64,000 bases of DNA from a virus. Taxonomy: Duplodnaviria; Caudoviricetes. The notes under the pieces were generated by a model that saw nothing but the letters and a program-made list of their open reading frames with translations, did no database searches and had not been told where the DNA came from. Where the stretch lies: IMG/VR virus record IMGVR_UViG_3300025098_005131, one strand, 5' to 3'. Positions 25,781 to 35,551 of this stretch are shown here, piece after piece. Within the stretch, counting starts at the first letter, position 1. Every line of letters starts with the position of its first letter. Made by a program: the position numbers and the translations under genes.

Positions 25781-26158
25781 TTAACTTTCTTTCTTTGCGC
25801 CGCCTAAAGGATAACTTTTCCAAGCAAACTTTTCTCGTTTTTCAATATAATCCTCAAATTCATCGCAGTTCCAAGCTTCTTGCTCAAACCTTATGGAAAG
25901 GTAAGATTCACGCGAAAACCCTTTTCTGCTTAAAACTGCAGCCCATAAATAATCAAATAGATAAACAAGTAAAAACCCAATAAACCAAAGTTCTCTATAT
26001 TGTAAATAGTGTATTGTTTCATGCCTCTTCGTCTGTTCAGCAAGCTCTCCTCGACAAAAAACCCATGGGCCTAAAGTTATTGCCCATATGTCAATAGGCG
26101 CAAATTTGCTTAATATTGCAGGCAACCTGCTGTTTTCGTAAAACTTTGGATATTTCAT
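25781..26158 (-). CDS. HExxH zincin-like protein (125 aa)
   Basis: AITLGPWVF, RHETIH, hydrophobic helix, downstream FEQEA third-ligand motif. Confidence 0.7.
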   Translation of the reverse strand: MKYPKFYENSRLPAILSKFAPIDIWAITLGPWVFCRGELAEQTKRHETIHYLQYRELWFIGFLLVYLFDYLWAAVLSRKGFSRESYLSIRFEQEAWNCDEFEDYIEKREKFAWKSYPLGGAKKES

Positions 26159-26178
26159 TATTACTTTAATTTTTCTTG

Positions 26179-26565
26179 TTAAGGCATTCTATCTAGGCTG
26201 TCATCAAAAGGCATGGTTTCATTAGCTGTATCTTCGCCAGGTGCAGGTCTTCCACCGCGTGAAGCATAGTATTCTTCTTCTTCTTCGTCATATGAAGTGT
26301 AATCATAATCATCTTCACGGTCTAAGCCTTCTGGCGGTATTGGAGAGTTTTCGTAAGGATTAAACTCACCCATATCATCCATACCATGCATTCTATCGAT
26401 CATATTCCTGTCGCTCTCAAGATCTTCATCCTCTACAGGAGATCGATCAGAAGCATTAACCTCTTCTTCTTCATCTACAACCATTCCGTCTGGGTCAATG
26501 CCTTCAGGTCCTTCTTTTAAAAATCTTCTCCAAGTTTCCATTATGAGCTTAGTGTTGTTTTTCAT
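26179..26565 (-). CDS. Acidic hypothetical protein with N-terminal KLIMETWRRFLKE helix (128 aa)
   Basis: ORF with AAGGA RBS; very Asp/Glu-rich body. Confidence 0.8.
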   Translation of the reverse strand: MKNNTKLIMETWRRFLKEGPEGIDPDGMVVDEEEEVNASDRSPVEDEDLESDRNMIDRMHGMDDMGEFNPYENSPIPPEGLDREDDYDYTSYDEEEEEYYASRGGRPAPGEDTANETMPFDDSLDRMP

Positions 26566-26635
26566 TATATTTCCTTTTTTATAAGTATAGTTTATAATTA
26601 TAATGCAACTATAAATATTATCTTAAGGTTATAAA

Positions 26636-29600
26636 ATGACAAAATATTCTTTAAAACAAGTTTTTTATAAAAATAGTGCTTTATTAAATGAAATGGCACT
26701 AATAACACCTAAAAACTTTTTAGAAAAAGTAATAAAACTCTGCAAAGAAAAACCTCAATTAATTGGCGATCCTACAATAAGTTCTGTAGAAGAAGCTTTC
26801 GACAAAATAGATGATAATTTATATAAAAAAAGAAAATATTTGACAGCGATGCAAACAAATGAGTTTTTATATAAATTAAAAGCTGAATATGAGTCAAAAG
26901 AGAAAGATAGACAAAAAAGTGTTGATATTAGAAAAAGTAAAGGTATTAAAGTAAACGAAAAAGACTTAACACCAATTACACTATCTGAGAAAGAAAAGGA
27001 ATATCAACTTGAACTTTACGAGGCAACTTCTGTAAAAGAGAAAAACATTGCTTTAGAAATTATAAAAATAGTACATGTAACAAAACTGCTAGAGCTTAAA
27101 GGAAAAGAAAACAAAAGCAAACTCAAAGAAGCAGAAGAAATTTTAATTAAACAGCTTAGGAAACATAAAAATTCTGACGGTGAGTTTATCGAATTTAAAA
27201 AAGTTCTTCCAATGTTTGACAGCATAATACAATATATTGAAAAATCTGTTGACGTAGATATTGATACTTGTATTAAAGCTGCTGATCTTTATATGCGTGT
27301 TTATTATGACATTGCAAGAAAAGAAGAAAAAGATGAGATCGAAAAGGGAAACTTTGACTTTAATATCATAATGAAAAGAATGACATTTGCAAAAGGCTAT
27401 AAAAAGATAGCTGCAGTTGGGAAAATGTTGTCTGAATCATTGTTAAAAGTATATGAAGACGATGATATGTTAATTGTTTATCCAACAAATTACAAAGCAT
27501 TCAAACATATGCTTGGAAGTGTATTAGGAGCGAGCGAATTAACTTGGTGCACGTATAGAAGCGAATCAACTTGGAGCAGTTATAATTCAAGTCAGTATGT
27601 AGCAGTTGCCCATTCAAAAAAAGATGGCTTTGGCGAAGACGCTTATGCAATTAGCCTTAAAGTACGAAAAGACGGAACCATTGATGTAGAAGGAACTTGC
27701 GACTTTCACAATAATCACGTTGATGACGAATTTCTGGATGAATACATAACAAATGAAATGAAAACAGAAATTTCAAATCTGCCAGAACAAGTTAGCTTGC
27801 AATCAAACATTTCTGAGATTGAAGATAATGTAATAGGACTTAGTAAACTTAACGATGTCAACGAATTAAAAAATTGTTTTTCACAATCACTCGCATTCTC
27901 AGGTGTTGAACAGACTATGGGATTATATGAGTTAATGTGCACAGAAACACAGCTCTCTAAAGAAGATGCAGCTGAAGTAATTGTTGATAGTGTAGCTTAT
28001 TATATATTTGATAATTTAGACGCTGAGACGCTGTATTTTACTGACTTTTTCCTTACTCAGGGCATGTATCCTAGAGAAGAAATTTATAATAATTTAAAAA
28101 ATAAAATACTAAATCAAAGATCTCACCCAAGATATTTTAATGCTTTTGCAGAAATTCAAAAAAAAACGACGTCTGTTTATAGTTTTAAGCAACTCAACTT
28201 TAATGAGTTTAAAAGTGCCTTAGGCATTGCATGTAATACAAACAACGCAAATAACTTAAAAAGAATAATAAAGCTAGCGCTAGATAGTGATGAGTACAGT
28301 TCATATTTAAATCCCTATAAAGTTCAAAATAAATCAGCAGGTCTTACAAAGCAAAACATAGAAATATATGACATGATAATGAAATCGCAAGGAATAAAAT
28401 CTTACATTTCAGAATTTGGAACGAATTCACTAAATAAAATTACAGGAGGTTTATCCTCTGGGAGATCGTTTAGACCTGATGTATTTATCTCACATTTAAT
28501 TTTTAGATATCCTGAGATATTTGTTAATAATCTACAAGAAAAAAGTGAAGACTCAAGTGAAGATTTAATAGTAAGTATCGATTTAAGTCTTGTGACAAGA
28601 TATATTATTAAAGATGCAAGTGCAAAGCCAAGTGAATACCTAAGCGAAGAAAGCAACGACGAAAGAAGATTTTTAAGTCTTGACAAAAATGCTTATCAAG
28701 AAATAAAAGAAAATGTATTAACAGAATACAAAACTTTTAGACTAATAAAAGACTATTTAGGAAGTAGAGATGCTTATGTGCTATACAGACTAATTGGTAG
28801 CAATATCGAAAAAGGTAATCCACTTAATGTGTCTTATAATCAAGATGAATTTGACATATTTAATGATTTAACTTCGTACAAAGACGTTTTTAAAAGTAAT
28901 GACTATTTTGCAAACTTTATAACATTCTTAAGTGCATACAAGAAAAACGCTACTGACTTAAACACAAAAACTCTAAAAAATATTGCTGATCATATTGATA
29001 GATCATATAACAATGATGAATTAGCAGACACAGCGACTTGTCAATCGTTTTTTGAAACAGTTATATTAGACAACGCAACGAGAGACTTTGACTTTGAATA
29101 TGCATATGAAATATTTAAAACTTTGCCTGATAGTTTGAGAGCGTTTATTATTACTAAAACTTTTCATAAAGCTCGTATAAGTATTCTGCGAGGCAAAAGA
29201 AATATTGATAACGTTATAAACCATATTCAAAATAAATCTAAAATATTTGTAAAGTCATCAAACTTTATTGACAATTACTATTCTTTGCATAGACTTCAAA
29301 TACCAAAATTTACGTTTTTAATATTGACATTTTTAGATTTTATACCTATGGAAAAAAGAAAAGTTTATTTTAGTCAATTTGTAGAACAATTATTTTCTAG
29401 AGACAACACCAACTATGAATCAACACATGAAAGAAGTTTAGCAACAAACGCAATTCAAAAGATTGATATGGAAATAATAGGAAGTGATGAAACAATAAAT
29501 GCCTTGAGGAAAAAAATAAATCATGTTATAAGTCATTACGGAAAAGTGGAGTTACATACACTCTTTACAAATAGTTTAATTAATATATTCACTCAGAATA

Positions 29601-30004
29601 ACAAAGCTTTTCCTAAAGATATTATGCAAAAAATCGCTACATTATCTACAGGTCAAAACTACAATTCAGCTAACGGTATAAAAAACTTCTTTAAAAACTT
29701 TATCGGTATATCTGAAGATGGTAGTAATAGTTTATACGGTAAAGAGCTCACAATTGTAAGAGAAACGCTTAAAGAATTGTTTAGAGATAGAAAATTCAAC
29801 AGTAATAGTAGTATGTTTGGCACTCGATATTCAAAAGAAATAGCTTTTGAAATTGTCCAGAAAATGGGCAAGCATGCAAGAATGCACATGGGAATGGCTT
29901 TTCCTGATGAAGCATCAAACTTAAGCGCAAATACACCAGAAGAAGAAGCAGAGTTACAAATGGACTCACTTATTAGACAATACGTCAAAATGCTGTTATC
30001 TTAA
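26636..30004 (+). CDS. Large hypothetical protein (1122 aa) with a WCT-motif (PcfJ-like) domain; possible internal virion protein
   Basis: Long ORF; KVYEDDDMLIVYP...LTWCT...SY...ISLKV...DFHNNHV segment; C-terminal LIRQYVKMLL helix. Confidence 0.75.
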   Translation: MTKYSLKQVFYKNSALLNEMALITPKNFLEKVIKLCKEKPQLIGDPTISSVEEAFDKIDDNLYKKRKYLTAMQTNEFLYKLKAEYESKEKDRQKSVDIRKSKGIKVNEKDLTPITLSEKEKEYQLELYEATSVKEKNIALEIIKIVHVTKLLELKGKENKSKLKEAEEILIKQLRKHKNSDGEFIEFKKVLPMFDSIIQYIEKSVDVDIDTCIKAADLYMRVYYDIARKEEKDEIEKGNFDFNIIMKRMTFAKGYKKIAAVGKMLSESLLKVYEDDDMLIVYPTNYKAFKHMLGSVLGASELTWCTYRSESTWSSYNSSQYVAVAHSKKDGFGEDAYAISLKVRKDGTIDVEGTCDFHNNHVDDEFLDEYITNEMKTEISNLPEQVSLQSNISEIEDNVIGLSKLNDVNELKNCFSQSLAFSGVEQTMGLYELMCTETQLSKEDAAEVIVDSVAYYIFDNLDAETLYFTDFFLTQGMYPREEIYNNLKNKILNQRSHPRYFNAFAEIQKKTTSVYSFKQLNFNEFKSALGIACNTNNANNLKRIIKLALDSDEYSSYLNPYKVQNKSAGLTKQNIEIYDMIMKSQGIKSYISEFGTNSLNKITGGLSSGRSFRPDVFISHLIFRYPEIFVNNLQEKSEDSSEDLIVSIDLSLVTRYIIKDASAKPSEYLSEESNDERRFLSLDKNAYQEIKENVLTEYKTFRLIKDYLGSRDAYVLYRLIGSNIEKGNPLNVSYNQDEFDIFNDLTSYKDVFKSNDYFANFITFLSAYKKNATDLNTKTLKNIADHIDRSYNNDELADTATCQSFFETVILDNATRDFDFEYAYEIFKTLPDSLRAFIITKTFHKARISILRGKRNIDNVINHIQNKSKIFVKSSNFIDNYYSLHRLQIPKFTFLILTFLDFIPMEKRKVYFSQFVEQLFSRDNTNYESTHERSLATNAIQKIDMEIIGSDETINALRKKINHVISHYGKVELHTLFTNSLINIFTQNNKAFPKDIMQKIATLSTGQNYNSANGIKNFFKNFIGISEDGSNSLYGKELTIVRETLKELFRDRKFNSNSSMFGTRYSKEIAFEIVQKMGKHARMHMGMAFPDEASNLSANTPEEEAELQMDSLIRQYVKMLLS

Positions 30005-30093
30005 TGATCACTGTTTTAACTTTTTAGCCTAACACACTTATTCATATTAGCTTCTAAAAAAGTCAAAACTAACGTTACTTCTCCAAGCAAATA

Positions 30094-30119
30094 CAAAAAA
30101 ACCAGCATAAGCTGGTTTA
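30094..30119 (-). terminator. Intrinsic terminator downstream of the major capsid gene
   Basis: AAACCAGC-TTAT-GCTGGTTT stem-loop followed by a U-tract on the minus strand. Confidence 0.85.
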
Positions 30120-30154
30120 TCGTCACCCTAAGGTGTCAACCACTAGAACTTATC

Positions 30155-32092
30155 TTAGATAATGTTCATGTCGAGGCATGTAACTGATCCGTAGAAGTCA
30201 GCGCGAACCATCTTCTTACCGTAACGAGTCATCACGCCCTTACGTGGTGTGAAGTCCTCAGGCTGGAAGATTGTAGGAGTAACGATCAATGGAACATACG
30301 GAGCGTAAACGAAACCAGTCTCTAGGTAAGAACCACCCTTGTAACCAACAAGGATCTTGTTGCGTGGGAAGTATGGGTCTTTGTAAACTGTGAAGCGGTT
30401 AGAAAGAGTACCAACCTTCTCAGCGCCCATTGTGAAAGGAGCACCAACTTGTCCGTCACCGTCAATGCTATAGCTAGGACGATAAAGAACTGAAGCCTCA
30501 AGAATTGTTGCAACATCAGGAGAAACTACGATAAAGTTTGCAGAACCACGTAGAGTCTTACGGTGAATCTCATTAGCAACGTCAATAACTGTCTCAGTCA
30601 AAGTCTCATACCACTCACGAACTGTACCAGTGAAAGCTGGTCCAGGGTTAAGTGTTGATGTACGAGCAACCTCTGCACCAGTACGCTTGTTAACAAATTT
30701 ACCAGGTGAACGACTCCAGAAGAAGTTAGCACCCTTAGCACCTGTTAGAAGATCACCAAGAATCTCGCGATCAATCTCTAGAGCAATTTGCTCAGAAAGA
30801 ATCTGAGTAAGCTCTACCTCAGCATCCATTGAGTGGTATGCGTTAAGGTCTTGAGCAAGCTCAGGGCTCCAACGTGCACGTAACTTACGTGTTTGTGCAG
30901 TTACAGGAATCGACTCAATCTTAATATCAATCTCTGGGATTGTAGGTGTACCGTCAGTGGTGAAGTCTGCCTCAAATGCTGGAGCACCAGCAACCTCACC
31001 AAAGCCTTGAGCTGTAGCCATTGACGCGCCGTCAGCCTTAACAAAAGAAACTGTTACAGCAGAAAGATCTTCTGCAGCAAGTGTTGCTGCACCGTTAGTT
31101 CTTATTACAAAGCGAATTGCTGCATTTGCTGCTGTAAGATCTTGATCAACGTCTGCAACAAACTTACCTGTAGCGACATCAAACGTACCTAGCTGGTTTA
31201 GTCTTCTTACATTTAATAAAGAACCTTGCTGAACTGCTCCTGCTACTACTTTAAGTTTGCCACCATCTCCTGCTAAGTGTAATGCAACGTCTTTAATTGC
31301 TGTCTTATCAAGACCCTCAGAAGAAAATGGATTTGTAGTTGCATTATCAATACGTAAAGAGTTTAATGTGAGGTGTAAAAGTGAATATTTGTCAGCAATT
31401 GATGCGTCTGCAATTCTTTCAATAAGTTGTGAATCAAATTGCAAAGCTTTAAGGTCAGCAAGTGATGTAGTATTTAAAGAATTAACACCAGTTAAAGGGG
31501 CCTCTGCGTCTGCGTTATACGAACCTAATTGTGCATCAGCGATAGTAAATCTATTATTAACATCACCGGCTGCTGCCTGTCCTAGCTTAGCAGCAACTTT
31601 AGGATCTTGTCCATCTAGAACTGTAATGTGGCGACGTGAAAAACCACTACCAGCAAGGTCATATTGACCGCCAACAGCATCGGCGCCGTCTTGGATTTTT
31701 CTACCTGCGGGAGATCCGTAAATAGACTCACCAGCCTTGTAACCACCTTGGTCACTGCCGTATGTGTAGTCTAGATAAAAGAGAAGACCACTTGGAAGAC
31801 TCATAGGTTGAATTGAAACTAGCTCGTTTGCTACGAGACCACCGAAAACACGGCGAACAATTGGGAATGCGATGTTAGTGAAACCACCAACGTCACCGCT
31901 ACCCATTGAGTTACTCTCGCGAAGAGCTTGTGCTGCCTGGTTCTCAAGAAGAGTAGCCATATTCTCACGATTTACTTCTTCCATACCGCGAAGAAGACCA
32001 GTGCGAGACCATTTCTCAACGAGGCGCTTATTTTGCTGGCCTACGTGGCGGTCTCTAATACCTTCAGTTAACTTTTGTAATGTAAAACTCAT
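30155..32092 (-). CDS. Major capsid protein (T4 gp23-like, 645 aa)
   Basis: KWSRTGLL, LLENQ, FPIVRRVF, VSIQPMSLPSGLLFYL, TRKLRARWSPELAQDL, EIDREI, GYKG, YAPYVPL, KGVMTRYG. Confidence 0.97.
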   Translation of the reverse strand: MSFTLQKLTEGIRDRHVGQQNKRLVEKWSRTGLLRGMEEVNRENMATLLENQAAQALRESNSMGSGDVGGFTNIAFPIVRRVFGGLVANELVSIQPMSLPSGLLFYLDYTYGSDQGGYKAGESIYGSPAGRKIQDGADAVGGQYDLAGSGFSRRHITVLDGQDPKVAAKLGQAAAGDVNNRFTIADAQLGSYNADAEAPLTGVNSLNTTSLADLKALQFDSQLIERIADASIADKYSLLHLTLNSLRIDNATTNPFSSEGLDKTAIKDVALHLAGDGGKLKVVAGAVQQGSLLNVRRLNQLGTFDVATGKFVADVDQDLTAANAAIRFVIRTNGAATLAAEDLSAVTVSFVKADGASMATAQGFGEVAGAPAFEADFTTDGTPTIPEIDIKIESIPVTAQTRKLRARWSPELAQDLNAYHSMDAEVELTQILSEQIALEIDREILGDLLTGAKGANFFWSRSPGKFVNKRTGAEVARTSTLNPGPAFTGTVREWYETLTETVIDVANEIHRKTLRGSANFIVVSPDVATILEASVLYRPSYSIDGDGQVGAPFTMGAEKVGTLSNRFTVYKDPYFPRNKILVGYKGGSYLETGFVYAPYVPLIVTPTIFQPEDFTPRKGVMTRYGKKMVRADFYGSVTCLDMNII

Positions 32093-32124
32093 GTTTTATC
32101 CTTTTTTTATATATTTTAAAATTC

Positions 32125-33669
32125 TTAGTTCTTAATACCAGCTAGTGTTGCCCATCTATCAAGTGCTACTGACTCATTTATAGTTTGTGCGCTCTTCACT
32201 GGTGAAGAAGAGTACCCAGAACTACGACGTCGAATTGCACCTTCTGAAAGGGTTTTGCCGTTGCTAGTTTTTCTACCGCTTACAAGTGACTTAGAAAGGC
32301 TCTCGAAAAGAATCTTAGCCTCACCTAAAGTCTTTGCTTCATCTAAAGACTCAACAATGTGGCGTTGTTGCTTAATTGATAAGTCTTTGTTTTGCATAAG
32401 TTTGTTAGCATAAAGAAGCTTTGCGTTGAATAGGTTCATCTCTTGAAGTTGGCCTTTCATTCCTCGAAGTGCCTTTTTATATTGAGAAAGCTTGCTTTCT
32501 AGCATGCGATTCTTGCGCACAACCTTTGCAGCTTTAATTTTCATTTCATGAAGCTTGTTAAGTTCTACACCATCAACAAATACTTCACCTTCTACAGAAC
32601 CACCTCCAAAGTGTGAAGCCATATCTTTAGCTTCACCTTCGCGAAGAGTCTTCATTCTACCAATCTCTCTTCTAAGCATATTTTCATCAATCTCTAAAAC
32701 GCGATCTCGACGCCCAAATGACTCAGCCATCTCGTCAGGACCACAGTTTTCACCTTCTTCAGGAGCGTCATCTTCAAAAATACCTTCAAGTTCCATTTCT
32801 GAAGTGTCTTCATCCTCATCATCATCTGCAGCAGGCATTTCTGATGGAGCATCGTCTTCTAATAGACCTGCCATCTGAGCTAATTCTTCAACAGTTGTAT
32901 TTGACGTAACAGACTGAGGCTCGTCTGTTTCTTCAAGGCCTGCCATCAAATCTGAAGAGTCATCATCTTTTTCAGAATCTTCAGCGTCTTCGTCACCGAA
33001 AATATCTTCAGCGTCGACATCCTCACTTGACTCATCGTCACTATCTTCTTCAAATAAGTTCATTTCTAGCAAGTCTTCAAGGCTCTCGCTCAAAAACTTC
33101 TTGTTGTAACGTCTATTAGACATATTTTCTATCTCCTTGCTTAATATATAAAAGTTTTTTAATAAATCTTTGTCTTCTTTAACTATATTGTTGCTTTTTA
33201 AATTTTTAAACTCTGAAATAATTTTTTTATAAAATTTAACTATTTTTTTATTAACAGATCTTTTGTTAGATGCATTTTCACTTAAAATTATAACTTTGTT
33301 TAAAGCGTTTAAACTTTCTTTAATACTATTTATTTTTTCATTTACCGCATTTTTTTGCATGTTTTTGCTTATTAATTTGTTCAATATTCTTCTTGACTCA
33401 CTGTTCAAATCAATATTTTCGTTTTCTTCAATTGCTTCAGGACCACATTCTTCTGTGTCTTCTTCATCAATTGATTCGACACCATATGCTTCTAATTCTT
33501 CTTCGTCAATTGATTCAGAACCGTCTTCTTCAAAAAGTTTTTTTTCTACCATCGTCTTGATTTGAGGTGTTAAAGTCTCGATAAGATTTTGTCTAACTTT
33601 ATTTTCAGCAGAAACTCTTATTTCTTCTGCAGCTTTAATTGCCTCGCTATATAATACATTATTACTCAT
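32125..33669 (-). CDS. Prohead core scaffolding protein (T4 gp22-like, 514 aa)
   Basis: Directly upstream of MCP; acidic linker, coiled coil, LFNAKLLYANKL, IVESLDEAKTLGEAKILFESL, C-terminal RWATLAGIK. Confidence 0.85.
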   Translation of the reverse strand: MSNNVLYSEAIKAAEEIRVSAENKVRQNLIETLTPQIKTMVEKKLFEEDGSESIDEEELEAYGVESIDEEDTEECGPEAIEENENIDLNSESRRILNKLISKNMQKNAVNEKINSIKESLNALNKVIILSENASNKRSVNKKIVKFYKKIISEFKNLKSNNIVKEDKDLLKNFYILSKEIENMSNRRYNKKFLSESLEDLLEMNLFEEDSDDESSEDVDAEDIFGDEDAEDSEKDDDSSDLMAGLEETDEPQSVTSNTTVEELAQMAGLLEDDAPSEMPAADDDEDEDTSEMELEGIFEDDAPEEGENCGPDEMAESFGRRDRVLEIDENMLRREIGRMKTLREGEAKDMASHFGGGSVEGEVFVDGVELNKLHEMKIKAAKVVRKNRMLESKLSQYKKALRGMKGQLQEMNLFNAKLLYANKLMQNKDLSIKQQRHIVESLDEAKTLGEAKILFESLSKSLVSGRKTSNGKTLSEGAIRRRSSGYSSSPVKSAQTINESVALDRWATLAGIKN

Positions 33670-33692
33670 TATTTTGCCTTTAATTATATTGA

Positions 33693-34565
33693 TTATATAT
33701 TTGTCAATTTTAGTTTTTTATGAATTTGTTTGTGCACAACTTGATTATCAACATAACTTCTGCTTGAAGTTCTTTCAAGATTTTGATATGTTGTTTCATC
33801 TGAGTCGATATCAACTTTAAGATCAGAATCAAAAACTGTTTCTCCACCGTCAGTTGTAGGGTGCAAATCGTATTTATCTTTTCCAAGCTTTACTGTGATT
33901 CTTCTTTGACCAATACCTTTTGAATTAATTGCTGATCTACTTATGCTGTTAAGTCCTAAATCGTTAGAAGCACCTTCTGGGCCTGGGTCTGCAGTATTTG
34001 ACGATGCTGATGCATCGTCAATAGGTAACGGATCTTTCTTGTTTTTCCCGCCAAGATTTTTCCCCGTGTTAGGAGAAGACATTACGGCAAGGCGACCGCT
34101 AGAACCTTTATATTCTAGTAACTGTTCCTTTATGTAACTAACAAGATAACTTTCTGACATTCCAATCACACTTGCTATAGAATTTCCTAGACCGCCCAAG
34201 CTTGATATGTCTGTGCCTTTATGAGCCAAGCTATCTGTAGGTGTTTGATTTGTTGAACTAAAGGCCTTTTTCTCTATGCTTGCATCTATATCGTCAAAAC
34301 TTTCTGTATTATCAATAAGACCTGCAAATATAGCTAATTCTCTAACTGTTGTATCTTTTGTTAACTTTTCTTCGACTTCTTGACTAGATACATCAAATTC
34401 ACCTTTTGGTGTGCTTAATGCATCGCCCATATTCCAGTTTCTACCAATTCCACTATTGGGATCACCACCAAGTGAACCAATGCCTAAACCTGTCCTGCCG
34501 TCATAACCAAAGGCTCCACCAAACGAGTTTGGATTAGTCTTTATAGTTCCAGAAGATTTAGGCAT
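33693..34565 (-). CDS. Hypothetical protein, Gly/Ser-rich, putative internal head protein (290 aa)
   Basis: Lies in the head operon; TVRELAIFAGL resembles scaffold TVEELAQMAGL; YLVSYIKEQLLE helix. Confidence 0.7.
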   Translation of the reverse strand: MPKSSGTIKTNPNSFGGAFGYDGRTGLGIGSLGGDPNSGIGRNWNMGDALSTPKGEFDVSSQEVEEKLTKDTTVRELAIFAGLIDNTESFDDIDASIEKKAFSSTNQTPTDSLAHKGTDISSLGGLGNSIASVIGMSESYLVSYIKEQLLEYKGSSGRLAVMSSPNTGKNLGGKNKKDPLPIDDASASSNTADPGPEGASNDLGLNSISRSAINSKGIGQRRITVKLGKDKYDLHPTTDGGETVFDSDLKVDIDSDETTYQNLERTSSRSYVDNQVVHKQIHKKLKLTNI

Positions 34566-34582
34566 TACTTTACTCTTTGCTA

Positions 34583-35152
34583 CTATACAGGTTGATTATA
34601 GTCTATGTTATTATTAAAGTCGTTTGACTCACCAAGTGTTGGTTTGTTTGCGCCAGAAGTATAGTGATTTTTAAAATAAGTTCCTATTGTAGACTGTTCG
34701 CTGCCCGGATTATTTCTTTCATCTCTCCAGCCGTAACCTTTATTTAAGAATCTTGCAGAAACTTGTCCTTCTGTTGCTACTGAAAGGTTGTTTACATCTG
34801 GTACAAGTAAGTTTGGTCCTAGCTTGTTAGGTTTATCAATTGGCTCTGATAAATTGCCAAACATTTCTGTTGATTGGCTATAGTCAAATTTAATTAAACT
34901 TGTAAAGTCTGGGTTTCCTGGATTTTCACCAGAAGGACTATATTTTTCGTCTAATTCTTGTGCTACGCTAAGAGAGCTTTCAAATATTTCACCCATATTA
35001 TTAGGAAAAATGCTAGAAGCGCTATAAACGCCAAAAGCAGTCTCAGCATTTTCTGGGCGAGCTTGATAGGCTTGTCGTTGGTGCTTCATTTGTTCGTTAA
35101 ATGTTGTAGCATTTACGTGGTCTTTATCACCTGTTCTTCTATAACCTGCCAT
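34583..35152 (-). CDS. Hypothetical protein in head operon (189 aa)
   Basis: ORF with AAAGGA RBS. Confidence 0.72.
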   Translation of the reverse strand: MAGYRRTGDKDHVNATTFNEQMKHQRQAYQARPENAETAFGVYSASSIFPNNMGEIFESSLSVAQELDEKYSPSGENPGNPDFTSLIKFDYSQSTEMFGNLSEPIDKPNKLGPNLLVPDVNNLSVATEGQVSARFLNKGYGWRDERNNPGSEQSTIGTYFKNHYTSGANKPTLGESNDFNNNIDYNQPV

Positions 35153-35184
35153 AATTTTTTCCTTTCAAAGTATAAAATTAAATC

Positions 35185-35472
35185 CTATATACCTTTAAGT
35201 ATTCTTGCCTTAAGCTCTCTTTTAACTTCTTGTAGACTTTTAAGATCTTTAATAAGCTTTGATTCTTTTAGTTTACACATCTGGTAATAATCCATGCATT
35301 TTGAAAGAGTGTCTGCGTATCCAGTTGCATCAACTTCTCTCACTTTCTTATGAACGTCTTCCGGTCTTTTCATCTTAAGCTCTAAAGTTTCATTTAACTT
35401 TTGTCGCTCTTCAAGCACAAGTTGCTTAATTAGATTTGGTGTAACATTTACAATTCTATCTTTACTAGACAT
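35185..35472 (-). CDS. Small helical protein, putative prohead core component (95 aa)
   Basis: LIKQLVLEERQKL motif and coiled-coil C-terminus; CAGGAG RBS. Confidence 0.75.
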   Translation of the reverse strand: MSSKDRIVNVTPNLIKQLVLEERQKLNETLELKMKRPEDVHKKVREVDATGYADTLSKCMDYYQMCKLKESKLIKDLKSLQEVKRELKARILKGI

Positions 35473-35551
35473 AAAATCTCCTGTGTTTTTTAATTTTAAA
35501 TATTCGCATAGAAATAAATATGTCTAAATGAGATAAATTTAAAAAATAATG

